In this document: piece by piece, positions 11,111-19,938 of the stretch | Layout of the letters: each line of letters starts with the position of its first letter | Position numbering within the stretch: the first letter of the stretch is position 1 | Origin: an uncultured Candidatus Binatia bacterium | GTDB taxonomy: Bacteria > Desulfobacterota > Binatia > Bin18 | Direction of reading: 5' to 3' | DNA: 64,000 bases | NCBI GenBank assembly: GCA_965207575.1 | Contig: OZ242288.1 | Coordinates: forward strand, 3,929,879-3,993,878 | Notes under the pieces: model-generated | What the model was told of the DNA's origin: nothing | Database searches by the model: none | What the model saw: only the letters and a program-made list of their open reading frames with translations | Position numbers and translations under genes: made by a program

Positions 11111-11544
11111 TTAGATAACTTCCAGTGAGAACTTTCGAAATTGCTGGATGAGCCGAAAGTCCTCCTCGTTCCGAGTGACGACCGTTGCTCCGATAGAACG
11201 CCCACTCAAAGCAATAAGAATATCGTTCAGGAATCCACGCGAGAGCTATCACGGAGCCGGGGCGCTTGGTCCGCTATCGTTGCGACAACTGTCCCGGTTT
11301 CTTTCCATATACGATGACTGGGGGTAATAATTCGGCGCACGCGCTCGAAGGGTTCATACAGGGCAGCCGCCTGTCTTCGATGCCGTAGCGTTCGAACTCC
11401 AGCAAGAAGTTCTTCTACCACGACAGAGCTACAGTATGTGAGCGGCAGCCCGCGGAGATAACGGGGTCGAAATTCTCTCGCAAAATTTTCATCACGCAGA
11501 ATCGGAATATACACACTCGTGTCAAACAGCAGGGCGGACATCAA
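11111..11544 (-). pseudogene. vapC: PIN-domain VapC toxin, frameshifted
   Basis: N-terminal 105-aa ORF (11227..11544) ends at TGA; the typical VapC C-terminus LNDILIALSGRSIGATVVTRNEEDFRLIQQFRKFSLEVI* is encoded in the +2 frame from ~11220 down to the stop at 11111..11113. Confidence 0.6.
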
Positions 11545-11741
11545 TCTTCTTCCCAGATATCCCTGAAATCCGGCGCTTTTCCCGCCACCCGATCAAAGCC
11601 GCACAGGACCTCGCTACGGAAAGCCACAAGATTGAGCGCTTCCCGGATAGTCTCTGACTCGCTCTTTTTTCCCAATATCTTCTGAGCGCGTTTCAGCGCC
11701 TGAGGATCGAGAAAGATATTCTTCCGAACCAGCTTCTGCAT
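11541..11741 (-). CDS. vapB: VapB-family (DUF2191/RHH-like) antitoxin
   Basis: 66 aa; NIFLDPQALKRAQKILGKKSESETIREALNLV pattern of VapB antitoxins; 4-nt overlap with the vapC start. Confidence 0.6.
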   Translation of the reverse strand: MQKLVRKNIFLDPQALKRAQKILGKKSESETIREALNLVAFRSEVLCGFDRVAGKAPDFRDIWEED

Positions 11742-11849
11742 CGCTTTTTCTCCACCAGATGTATTATTCTGTAAAACATACGTAACGAGGATTGAGGATC
11801 AAGGGCGATGGGCACTTTTCTTTTTGCCTAACCACCCCAAAGAGAATGC

Positions 11850-11878
11850 TTGACAGTCAAACACCCCCCTACAATAAT
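11850..11878 (+). promoter_or_regulatory. candidate sigma70-like promoter (TTGACA-17-AATAAT) upstream of the CoA-transferase gene
   Basis: TTGACA at 11850..11855, 17-nt spacer, AATAAT at 11873..11878 in the divergent intergenic region. Confidence 0.3.
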
Positions 11879-11959
11879 CGCCTGCCAGTGCGGGGAAGCG
11901 GGTTGAGTGGGATGAGCATCAGGTGCTGTGGTATCATTGACGTATAGAGGAGGTAGCGC

Positions 11960-13195
11960 ATGCCTTTCCAATTACGCTACAGCATAGACGGCGAAGAGAT
12001 TACCGTTGTTGCCATTGGGCTGTTTGTCGCCCCGAACAAGATGCTGCTCGAATTGATGCGCCTCGGCGTGCGCGTCATTCTGGTCGAGCCCATTATGGGG
12101 GCGCACCACGGCCGCGGCCTGCCCGACCGGGATCGTGGCCCCCTGAATCGGGCCGGTGTCAGCATCCCCTGGCAGATGCTGCACCGCGGCATGCAGGCGG
12201 TTGCCATCGACTTTCGCCAGGAGGCGGGTAAACGGCTCGTCCTCGACCTTATTCGAGAAACTCATGTGCTAATCAGCAATTGGCCCCCGCGCATGGCGCC
12301 CTGGCTCGACTACACTCATCTGGTCGAGCACTGCGGCCCGTCCGTCATTAAAATCCAGTTCGACGGCGGGCACGACGGGCGGGCAGCCAACGATTACTCC
12401 ATGCAGGGGGCGACCGGCTTAGCCCACGCCACCGGTGAGCCGCACGGCAGACCGCTCACTATTCCGGTGGCGTTTTTCGATATGCTCACCGGCCTGCACG
12501 GCCTGAACGCCTTCCACGTCGCCCTGCGCCGTCTGGCGGAAACCGGGCGGGGCGACTGCTATCAGATCGCGCTGGAACAGGTCGCCTTCCAAACCCTGGC
12601 GGAGTTGGGCTGGTACGCCCAAGCCGAGACAACGGGCGAGGGCCGGGAACCGATCGGCGACAATCTGTTGGACGCCGTCCATGGTCATTACTGCGCCCGT
12701 GACGGGAAGTTCATCACCCTGAACCTGATTGGCGATTCGGTCCTCCGTCGGCTGCGCGAAGCGACCGGCCTGCGCGACCTCGCTCTCGACGAGCAGGGTC
12801 ACGAGATTCACGGCGACCACGCCCGCTATGAGCGGGTCGATACGATTAAGCAGCAAATTGCCGACTGGATTGCGGCCCGACCGCAGGAAGAAGTGCTCAC
12901 GACCCTGGGCCAGGCCGGGCTGGTGGTCGAGCCGTGTCGGGACAGTATCGAAGCGGAACAGCACGCTCGGGCTCTGCCCTGTTTCCATCACGTTGACGAC
13001 CCTGATCTCGGGTCGATCTGGGTGCCCGGCCCGGTGATCGAAGCCCGCGACCTGGAACCTTCCGACCTGCCCAGCGCCCCCCATCCCGGTGAACACACTC
13101 ACCTTGTCCTCAAGGAAGTTCTGGGACTGGCTTCCGAGGAACTGGCGGACTTGGAAAGCCAAAAAATTATCGCCGGTCCGCCACCGGAGGATTAA
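11960..13195 (+). CDS. CoA-transferase family III (CaiB/BaiF/Frc-like) protein
   Basis: 411 aa; LGVRVILVEP and FFDMLTGLHGLNAFHVAL resemble family III CoA-transferase core with the Asp; GAGGAGG RBS. Confidence 0.7.
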   Translation: MPFQLRYSIDGEEITVVAIGLFVAPNKMLLELMRLGVRVILVEPIMGAHHGRGLPDRDRGPLNRAGVSIPWQMLHRGMQAVAIDFRQEAGKRLVLDLIRETHVLISNWPPRMAPWLDYTHLVEHCGPSVIKIQFDGGHDGRAANDYSMQGATGLAHATGEPHGRPLTIPVAFFDMLTGLHGLNAFHVALRRLAETGRGDCYQIALEQVAFQTLAELGWYAQAETTGEGREPIGDNLLDAVHGHYCARDGKFITLNLIGDSVLRRLREATGLRDLALDEQGHEIHGDHARYERVDTIKQQIADWIAARPQEEVLTTLGQAGLVVEPCRDSIEAEQHARALPCFHHVDDPDLGSIWVPGPVIEARDLEPSDLPSAPHPGEHTHLVLKEVLGLASEELADLESQKIIAGPPPED

Positions 13196-13233
13196 GGGAA
13201 GATATTCTCACTCTGACCCAGCGCAGTCCCGTT

Positions 13234-14268
13234 TTAATCGGCTTCCTCATCCGGCCACGGCCGGATGCCAAACGGCAGACGGGTGCGGCGCAGAGAGAGG
13301 CCCTGCTTAATCTGTCGGACGCGGCGGTTGATTACGCTCTGAGCCAGGATATTCTTGGCGTCGAGCAGTTTTTCAAAGGCGGCCAGCCAGCTCTCATAAT
13401 AGATTGGTCTTGTCTCGGTCGGCTGCCGGTCCGCACTGGTAATCTCGGCAATCAATCGCTCCTGAAACTCGGGCCAGGCATAATGACCCTGTTCGCATAG
13501 GGCGACCCCCAGGGCAAACGCAATGCCTTCCCACGGGTCCTGGAACTGGAGTTCGCCGCTCCGCCGGGGCAGAGCGGCAGGACCCTGCATGTCAGAGACG
13601 TGTCTCTGGGAAAGGCCGGGCTGTTGCTGTTTCTCAGGCTCGACCCGCGCCACTCCAATCATCGCGTCCCGCGTGACAATAGCCGTGAGCTCATCGAGCG
13701 TCATCTGCTCCGTACCGGCCGGTCGCTCCGGCAGGACCATATAGCGGGTCTGGAAAGTACTGTTCCAGACCTGAATCTGGATGTTTTCGTCCAGCTCAAG
13801 CCCGAACTCCCGAAGCACCTCGCGCGGCCGGCCGGTGACTCTGGAGCGATACGACTGGCTCTTATACCAGAACGGCGGCAGACCCAGGACCGGCCAGGGG
13901 TAGCATGAGCATAAGGCACAGACGATCACGTTATGCGTCTGGGGCGTATTCTCGACCACGACCAGATGCTCGCCCTGCAAGCCGCCAAGGCCCAGCTCGG
14001 CTATGGCGGCGGTGCCATTCTCGAGCAGACGGACCTTATAGGCGAGGTCCGTCCAGGCCCGGGCAACCACCCGGCAGCCGTTCAGCGGCCCGATATCGTT
14101 TTCATACGAGTCCAGAACGGTATCGAGCAGTGCGCTGGAAACGAAAGTTTTCTCGGTCAGCAGGGCTTCGGTCGCCTTGACCCGAATCTCGCGTTCGCGG
14201 TTCTGGTCGGGCGTCAACTGACGCTGCTGAAAGGCCGCGCCGGTATCATGTTCGTGAGCATCACTCAT
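13234..14268 (-). CDS. nitrile hydratase alpha subunit fused to the N-terminal domain of the beta subunit (NHase/thiocyanate-hydrolase-like)
   Basis: 344 aa; VIVCALCSCYPWPVLGLPPFWYKSQSYRSRV is the NHase alpha metal-binding CxLCSC signature; residues ~215-344 (FQDPWEGIAFALGVAL...EFQERLIAEI...IYYESWLAAFEKLLDAKNIL) match the NHase beta N-terminal domain; GAGGAGG RBS. Confidence 0.7.
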   Translation of the reverse strand: MSDAHEHDTGAAFQQRQLTPDQNREREIRVKATEALLTEKTFVSSALLDTVLDSYENDIGPLNGCRVVARAWTDLAYKVRLLENGTAAIAELGLGGLQGEHLVVVENTPQTHNVIVCALCSCYPWPVLGLPPFWYKSQSYRSRVTGRPREVLREFGLELDENIQIQVWNSTFQTRYMVLPERPAGTEQMTLDELTAIVTRDAMIGVARVEPEKQQQPGLSQRHVSDMQGPAALPRRSGELQFQDPWEGIAFALGVALCEQGHYAWPEFQERLIAEITSADRQPTETRPIYYESWLAAFEKLLDAKNILAQSVINRRVRQIKQGLSLRRTRLPFGIRPWPDEEAD

Positions 14269-14407
14269 CGCGCGCGTCCTCCTCAGTCTGGGGACAGCGT
14301 TTCTCCTGGGAGCATCCTACCGCCATTTTGCGCACGACAAAAAGGGTGGCCTCACGACCACCCTCTCCGTCTACAAACACAAACGACACCCAGCCCGTAT
14401 GTGCGAC

Positions 14408-15742
14408 CTAGCCGGCCATGCCCAAGGCGGCCAGGGGTTCGCGGTCCACAACCGGGTCACGCGTCACCCCGTTGCGATAGGCTACCGAGCCTGGGGTGCG
14501 TTCAAACGGATCGACCAGGTCGATTTCCTTGGCGTATTCCCGCAGTCGCGGGGTTAACTCCTGGGCAATCAAGCGCATGCTCGTTTTGCGGTCCTCGTCA
14601 CCGACCGGTCCCTGGATGTTGAAGAAGACAAAAATGCTCGGCCGCAGCACTCGCAGCAGAGTCTTGGCTTTGGGCAGGACGGACTCCGGTGTGCCGATGA
14701 GGAGTTGGAGATTCTTCTGCGCCTTACCGTAGCCCTTGAGCAGTTTCTGACGGACGGTATCAAAGTCGGTGGTGTCGGGCCGACCACCGTCCGAGTGGGC
14801 GCGCAGCTTCTCGGGGCTGACGCCCAGCCAGCTCCCCCCCGGATGTTTGGCCAGCATGCGGATCGCTCCCTTGGAGTTATAGCCTGGCGGCAGGGTATGC
14901 TCGGGGCGGGAGAAGGCGTTCTGACCACCGCCGAACACAAAGTTCTTGCCGATTTCCTGGGCCTTTTCCTCCGTCTCGGCCAGAAAGGTTGGAATCAGAT
15001 AGCCAAAGTTTTCCGGGCCGGCCTGATAGCCGTGCTTGGCGGCTTCATCGGCGTAGAAGTCCCACAGATCACAGGTCGGTCCCAGGGCCGTGCCCAGCCC
15101 CAGATAAGGGTAACGATGTTCCGCGCACCAGCGGGCCGTCTCCGGGCTCAACACACCGGGAATCCACATCGGCGGATGTGGTTTTTGGTAAGGAAGCGCC
15201 CACGGGTTGACGTGCCGATAGTGAAAATGCTTGCCCTCGTAGCGCCACGGGCCGGGCTTGGTCCAGGCCTGCACGATAAAGTCGTGGGCTTCGTTGAACA
15301 TCTCCCGGTTATAGGCCGGGTTGGCATTATTAAAGAACTGCTCACTGCCCGCGCCGCGCACCCAACCGGTCACGAGGCGCCCGCGCGAGATCAGATCGAT
15401 TTCCGCCAGCTCTTCGGCCATCCGCAACGGATGCTTCAGCACCGGCAACGGATTGCCGATCAGAACAATGCGGACTTTATTGGTAATCCGCGCCAGGATG
15501 GAAGCTTCGACATTCATGACGCTGCCCATGCAGAAGGGATTGCCGTGGTGCTCGTTGAGCGCAACGGCATCGAAACCGAGCTCTTCGGCATAGCAGTATT
15601 CGTCCAGATAATAATTGTAATCGTTGGCCGCCTGCTCGCGGTCGAACAGGGCGTTGGGCACGGCGAAGTAGGCTTTGTTCTTGAGTATCTCGTCCTCGTC
15701 GAGGCCACGATAGGGCCGTTCGGTGAAATATGAGATTTGCAT
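14408..15742 (-). CDS. LLM-class flavin-dependent oxidoreductase (long form)
   Basis: start moved to MQISYFTERPY with AAGGAG RBS; ALNEHHGNPF...LIGNPLPVLKHPLRMAEE LLM core. Confidence 0.75.
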   Translation of the reverse strand: MQISYFTERPYRGLDEDEILKNKAYFAVPNALFDREQAANDYNYYLDEYCYAEELGFDAVALNEHHGNPFCMGSVMNVEASILARITNKVRIVLIGNPLPVLKHPLRMAEELAEIDLISRGRLVTGWVRGAGSEQFFNNANPAYNREMFNEAHDFIVQAWTKPGPWRYEGKHFHYRHVNPWALPYQKPHPPMWIPGVLSPETARWCAEHRYPYLGLGTALGPTCDLWDFYADEAAKHGYQAGPENFGYLIPTFLAETEEKAQEIGKNFVFGGGQNAFSRPEHTLPPGYNSKGAIRMLAKHPGGSWLGVSPEKLRAHSDGGRPDTTDFDTVRQKLLKGYGKAQKNLQLLIGTPESVLPKAKTLLRVLRPSIFVFFNIQGPVGDEDRKTSMRLIAQELTPRLREYAKEIDLVDPFERTPGSVAYRNGVTRDPVVDREPLAALGMAG

Positions 15743-15832
15743 AAGGCATTCTCCTTCGGACGAACTTGTCCCACGCAATTACGACGCAAAGAGTAAACGT
15801 GTCAACATCTACCTGTCTATTGGGGGACACGT

Positions 15833-16639
15833 TTACTCTTTCAGGAAGTCTTGCACGATTTTGACAAATTCGGCCGAATTTTCGATTTCCGGACGATGGC
15901 CGACATTGGCGATTTCCACGGCCCGGGCTCCGTCAACGGCTTTGGTATAGGCGGCAATGCAGCCCGCTGGCACGATCCGGTCTTCGGACCCGCGAACCAG
16001 CAGGGTGGGGACATTTTTCACGCCGCGCAACAGATAGGGCAGGCTCGGATTATGCATATACGGCTCCCAGCCGATACGCGCGCTTTCCGCCCGGGCATCT
16101 TCGAACGCCTCAAATTGCTCCGGCGTCATCTCGCCGCCGTAAATACTTCCGAACTCGGCGGTCCCTGGGTCGGCAACGGTTGCCCGTAAATGGGTCCGGA
16201 TCGTCACCGGGAAGATGTCCCAAATTTCGCCCTTCTCGGGCTTGAGCCCCATCGGACCCACCAGAATCAGGTGATCAAAAATCTTGGGGTCGGCCGCGAC
16301 CATCTCGGCAGCGATAAATCCACCGGCTGAGAACGCAATAACGTCAACCGGGTCGAGCCCCATTTCTCTGACCGCCATGCTATACAGACCGGCCAAGTCA
16401 CGGAAACTCCGAATCCACTCCAGGCGCGGGGTTTTGCCATAACCGGGCTGGAGCGGAATCACGAATGCGCGCTCTGCTGCCAGCTCGTCATTCCACTTCA
16501 TCCATCCGGGGAATCCCAGCTCATCATGCAGCATTAACAAGGGTTTACCTGCTCCGCCCTTAATGAGCGTTAATTCAGCTTCGTCTATATGAGCCTTCTG
16601 TTCAGTCCAGTTTGCCAAGAATCTTTCCTCCTTACGCAA
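15833..16639 (-). CDS. alpha/beta-fold hydrolase
   Basis: 268 aa; FSAGGFIAAEM nucleophile elbow; a TTG at 16618 preceded by AGGAGG is the likelier true start. Confidence 0.7.
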   Translation of the reverse strand: MRKEERFLANWTEQKAHIDEAELTLIKGGAGKPLLMLHDELGFPGWMKWNDELAAERAFVIPLQPGYGKTPRLEWIRSFRDLAGLYSMAVREMGLDPVDVIAFSAGGFIAAEMVAADPKIFDHLILVGPMGLKPEKGEIWDIFPVTIRTHLRATVADPGTAEFGSIYGGEMTPEQFEAFEDARAESARIGWEPYMHNPSLPYLLRGVKNVPTLLVRGSEDRIVPAGCIAAYTKAVDGARAVEIANVGHRPEIENSAEFVKIVQDFLKE

Positions 16640-16775
16640 GGTTTTCGCACTCGGACGCCCTTCCCCTCCACAACCGGGCTACTTAATCAGGCCCGACCCA
16701 AATTGTCCACACGTTCTTAATGCCCCGGATTTATAGATGAGGGCGCATTGAATGCGTTGAAAAGCGCCTGGCACA

Positions 16776-17099
16776 GTGCATTTCCATTATCACCCGCATC
16801 GAAGATGCAGAGGTCGGGACGAATCAAGACGACATGCACTTTATTCGTGTCGAACCATTTGGTTATCGTGCCGTCTGGATCGCGGAGATCTTTCCCAAGC
16901 CGAGCAACTGTTTCCAGGAATGATGGCGACTATATTCCCGGACGAGCCAGGTATAGGTATGCATAGCTCAGCGACGATCGACTTTGGCTATGTGGTGTCT
17001 GGGCGCTGTGTCCTTGAACTCGACGACGGCCCGAAAACCGAACTCGGTCCTGGGGACGGCATCGTTCAGAGTGGAACTGCGCATCGTTGGTCCACATAA
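16776..17099 (+). pseudogene. decayed cupin-domain gene fragment
   Basis: C-terminal IDFGYVVSGRCVLELDDGPKTELGPGDGIVQSGTAHRW is a cupin beta-barrel segment; upstream frames contain cupin-like pieces (MHFIRVEPFGY) in different frames and no intact N-terminus. Confidence 0.3.
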
Positions 17100-17286
17100 G
17101 GAACTGGGAGACCGCCCAAAAATGGAGTAGTCTGTGTTTGCAGCCGCAGGTGTTGAGCTATGAACCCATTCCGGGCTGCGGGATTGGAGGGATGGCGTGG
17201 GCTGGCAACTGAGTCAGGACGTTGACCGGAAATATCCGAGCACCAGGTTTTTTTATAGAAAGACCATCCAACAAGGAGGATTCGAT

Positions 17287-17808
17287 ATGTCACACAAGGG
17301 TTTCTCCCACATCGGACTGTCAACACTGGACCTGGACAAAACGTGCGACTTCTACGAAAACGTACTGGGGTTCAAGCCGGTGCGCTGTGATATTCTCAGG
17401 ATCAAGGAAGGCGGGCAGATTCGGCATGTGTTCTTTCATATCGGCCGCGATCAGCTCTTGGCCTTTATGGAAGCGCAAGGAGTTCCGGGGATTCCTGCGG
17501 AGTACGATGCGGGCATCAATCGAGGTCTGGGGGTGCCGAGCGCGTTTTATCATTTTGCCTTTGAAGCCGGGTCGGTCGCAGCCCTGGAAGCGAAGCGTAC
17601 GGAGCTCCTGGCAAAAGGGGTGCAGGTCTCGGACATCGTGCATCACGATGCCGCTCAATCCATCTACTTCAGAGACCCCAATAATATTTCCCTGGAGTAT
17701 TGCTGCATGACCCGAGACATGGGGACGGAGGATGATATTCGGCTGCAGGAGCGCTTTACATTATCTCTAGGCGATTTTCAGGGCGGAGTGGGGGATAGAC
17801 CAGTCTGA
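17287..17808 (+). CDS. VOC-family protein (glyoxalase/bleomycin-resistance/dioxygenase fold)
   Basis: start moved to MSHKGFSHIGLSTLDLDKTCDFYENVLGF with AAGGAGG RBS; tandem VOC modules. Confidence 0.7.
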   Translation: MSHKGFSHIGLSTLDLDKTCDFYENVLGFKPVRCDILRIKEGGQIRHVFFHIGRDQLLAFMEAQGVPGIPAEYDAGINRGLGVPSAFYHFAFEAGSVAALEAKRTELLAKGVQVSDIVHHDAAQSIYFRDPNNISLEYCCMTRDMGTEDDIRLQERFTLSLGDFQGGVGDRPV

Positions 17809-18025
17809 CCTGCAGCAATACAGAACTGCTCCAGTGCTGCTCGTCGGCGCTGGAGTCGTGGGCGCCCCAGTTGGAAACTGATTGCCTTCGACCGTTTTGA
17901 ACAGGTGCTGCGAATTCTCTTATACTCATGGAAACTTTCGGGAATGTCTTGAGGGTTGTTGATTGTCTGAGTGTTGCAGAGAATGCCCCGCATGTTGAGG
18001 ACATAATCGACGAACGGGAGTAGCA

Positions 18026-19438
18026 GTGAGCACGAACTATTGGACACCCGGCCCACACAGGAGGCCTGAAGTCTCCGCGTCGCCTGACGCAGCAGACAGT
18101 TCGCTCGCAACCACCGCGGACCGCAGCGTTACGGACTTCGACATCGCCATCGTTGGCGGTGGCTTTGCCGGCGCGACAGCGGCACGCGAACTTGGTCAGG
18201 CAGGCTTGCGCGTAGTTCTACTCGAAGCGCGCGATCGACTCGGCGGGCGTACGTACACCGCGGAGTTTGCGGGTCGGCCGGTCGAACTTGGTGGCGCGTG
18301 GGTGCACTGGCTGCAACCGCACGTGTGGGCGGAAATGCGCCGCTACGGTCTTGGTGTGATCGAAGATCCGTTTACCGGCCTCGACGAGACCCGCGTGATG
18401 GGTAACAACGGCGTGACAAGTGTTGTTCCACCGGATCAATTCCTCAGGGACATTCGCGACGGTTTTGAGAAATTCTGCCATGACGTGTGGGAGCTGTTTC
18501 CGCGGCCGTACGAGCCGCTCTATAACCCGAAGGTCTTGGAACTCGACGAACTCTCGTGCGCCGATCGCATCGCGGAACTGGATCTCACCGATACGCAGCG
18601 TATCCAACTCAATTCCTTCATGGCTTTATATGGCGGTGATGTCACCTCAAAATTTGGCCTGCCCGGCATGCTCAAGCTCTACGCCGCCGGTGGCTGGAAT
18701 TACGACGCCTTCGCCGATGCCGAAACCCACTATCGCATAGAATCTGGCACCCTTGGTCTCATCACCTGCCTCATCGAGGATAGCGGCTGCGAGGTTCGCC
18801 TGAACGCAGCCGTTGAACGCATCGAGCACAACACTGGTGCGGTTCGCCTTCATACCCGAGACGGAAACACGGTAAGTGCCAAAGCTGCCGTCATTACTTT
18901 ACCACTCAATTGCTATGCCGACGTTGATTTCGATCCCGTCCTCTCGCTCGCGAAGCAAAACTGGATCAACCAGGGCATGATCTCGAAGGGGGCGAAGTTG
19001 TTCGTGCACTTGCGCGAGAACCTGGGCCGCGTATTTGCGTTCTGCGACGAAGCACGGCCGTTGAACTGGGTGCAAACGTTCGCTTACGGCGATGACGTCG
19101 GCACGATTCTCTCTATCACCGTGGCCCGCGCATCGACCATCGATGTGGACGACGAGGCGCAAATCACCACTGAAGTGCGTCGCCTGTTCGGCGACGTCGA
19201 CGTGATCGACACACGCGGCTACGACTGGGCAGCAGATCCTTTTGCGCGCGGCGCATGGCCCGCGTACAGCGTTGGACAACTCAGCCGCTTGCCGGACCTG
19301 CAGCAGCCTGAAGGCCGTCTCTTCTTCGGGGGCTCACTCACCGCCAACGGCTGGCACGAGTTTATCGACGGCGCGATAGAGAGTGGCCTACGCACCGCGC
19401 GCGAGGTGCAGATATTTCTCGGCGGTGACGGCTCATGA
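18026..19438 (+). CDS. flavin-containing amine oxidase (FAD-dependent, MAO-like)
   Basis: 470 aa; DFDIAIVGGGFAGATAARELGQAGLRVVLLEARDRLGGR dinucleotide-binding motif; GTG start; local composition and RBS usage differ from neighbours. Confidence 0.8.
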   Translation: MSTNYWTPGPHRRPEVSASPDAADSSLATTADRSVTDFDIAIVGGGFAGATAARELGQAGLRVVLLEARDRLGGRTYTAEFAGRPVELGGAWVHWLQPHVWAEMRRYGLGVIEDPFTGLDETRVMGNNGVTSVVPPDQFLRDIRDGFEKFCHDVWELFPRPYEPLYNPKVLELDELSCADRIAELDLTDTQRIQLNSFMALYGGDVTSKFGLPGMLKLYAAGGWNYDAFADAETHYRIESGTLGLITCLIEDSGCEVRLNAAVERIEHNTGAVRLHTRDGNTVSAKAAVITLPLNCYADVDFDPVLSLAKQNWINQGMISKGAKLFVHLRENLGRVFAFCDEARPLNWVQTFAYGDDVGTILSITVARASTIDVDDEAQITTEVRRLFGDVDVIDTRGYDWAADPFARGAWPAYSVGQLSRLPDLQQPEGRLFFGGSLTANGWHEFIDGAIESGLRTAREVQIFLGGDGS

Positions 19439-19938
19439 GCGAGCGCCCGTGCGCGCATGCGACGACCCACAAAAGAATGATGCGGTGCGGCTAATTGCAC
19501 CTTGGGTGCGTTAGGTGTGTCGAAGGGATTTAAAGCAGCGCATATGGCGTCCTCGTTCGCGGGTGGGGTTGATGGGAGACTTCGGCCCGATTGTTAGCGT
19601 ACCGTGTAGTGCAGTGAGGTATCGACGGGAGGGAGGAGCCACTTGGCTCATCATGTCGAGGACAGCAACGCCGACATCGACACTCGCAGTGGTATCGCTA
19701 TACCGACGTGTAGCAATCCGGTCTGCCCCGCGCTTAAAGCCCTGGACGACTCCGGGGCTTATCGCCCCACACAGAGAGGACTACGCGGGACTCTCGCCTT
19801 GATTTTTTGGTGCTGACTCCAAGACAACTCCGAAACCGTAACTTTCCGCGCAAATCCTCCCGCTGGTCCTTTCTCTTGATCTCTGCCTGCTTCAAGGGAT
19901 AGGAGTACTGGTGTCCAAGAAGCAAGGAGGGTCTGAGT

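Noticed and set aside
10704-11252. 182-aa minus-strand ORF spanning the LLM 3' end and the vapC region
   Set aside because: It lies in a different frame from both vapC pieces, overlaps the well-supported LLM gene on the other strand, and has no recognisable motif.
13452-13919. Small ORFs inside the nitrile-hydratase gene (13452..13658, 13523..13744, 13600..13908, 13701..13919) that might encode a missing beta C-terminal domain
   Set aside because: They are out of frame or antisense, and none resembles the NHase beta C-terminal barrel (RF..GD.VRV…).
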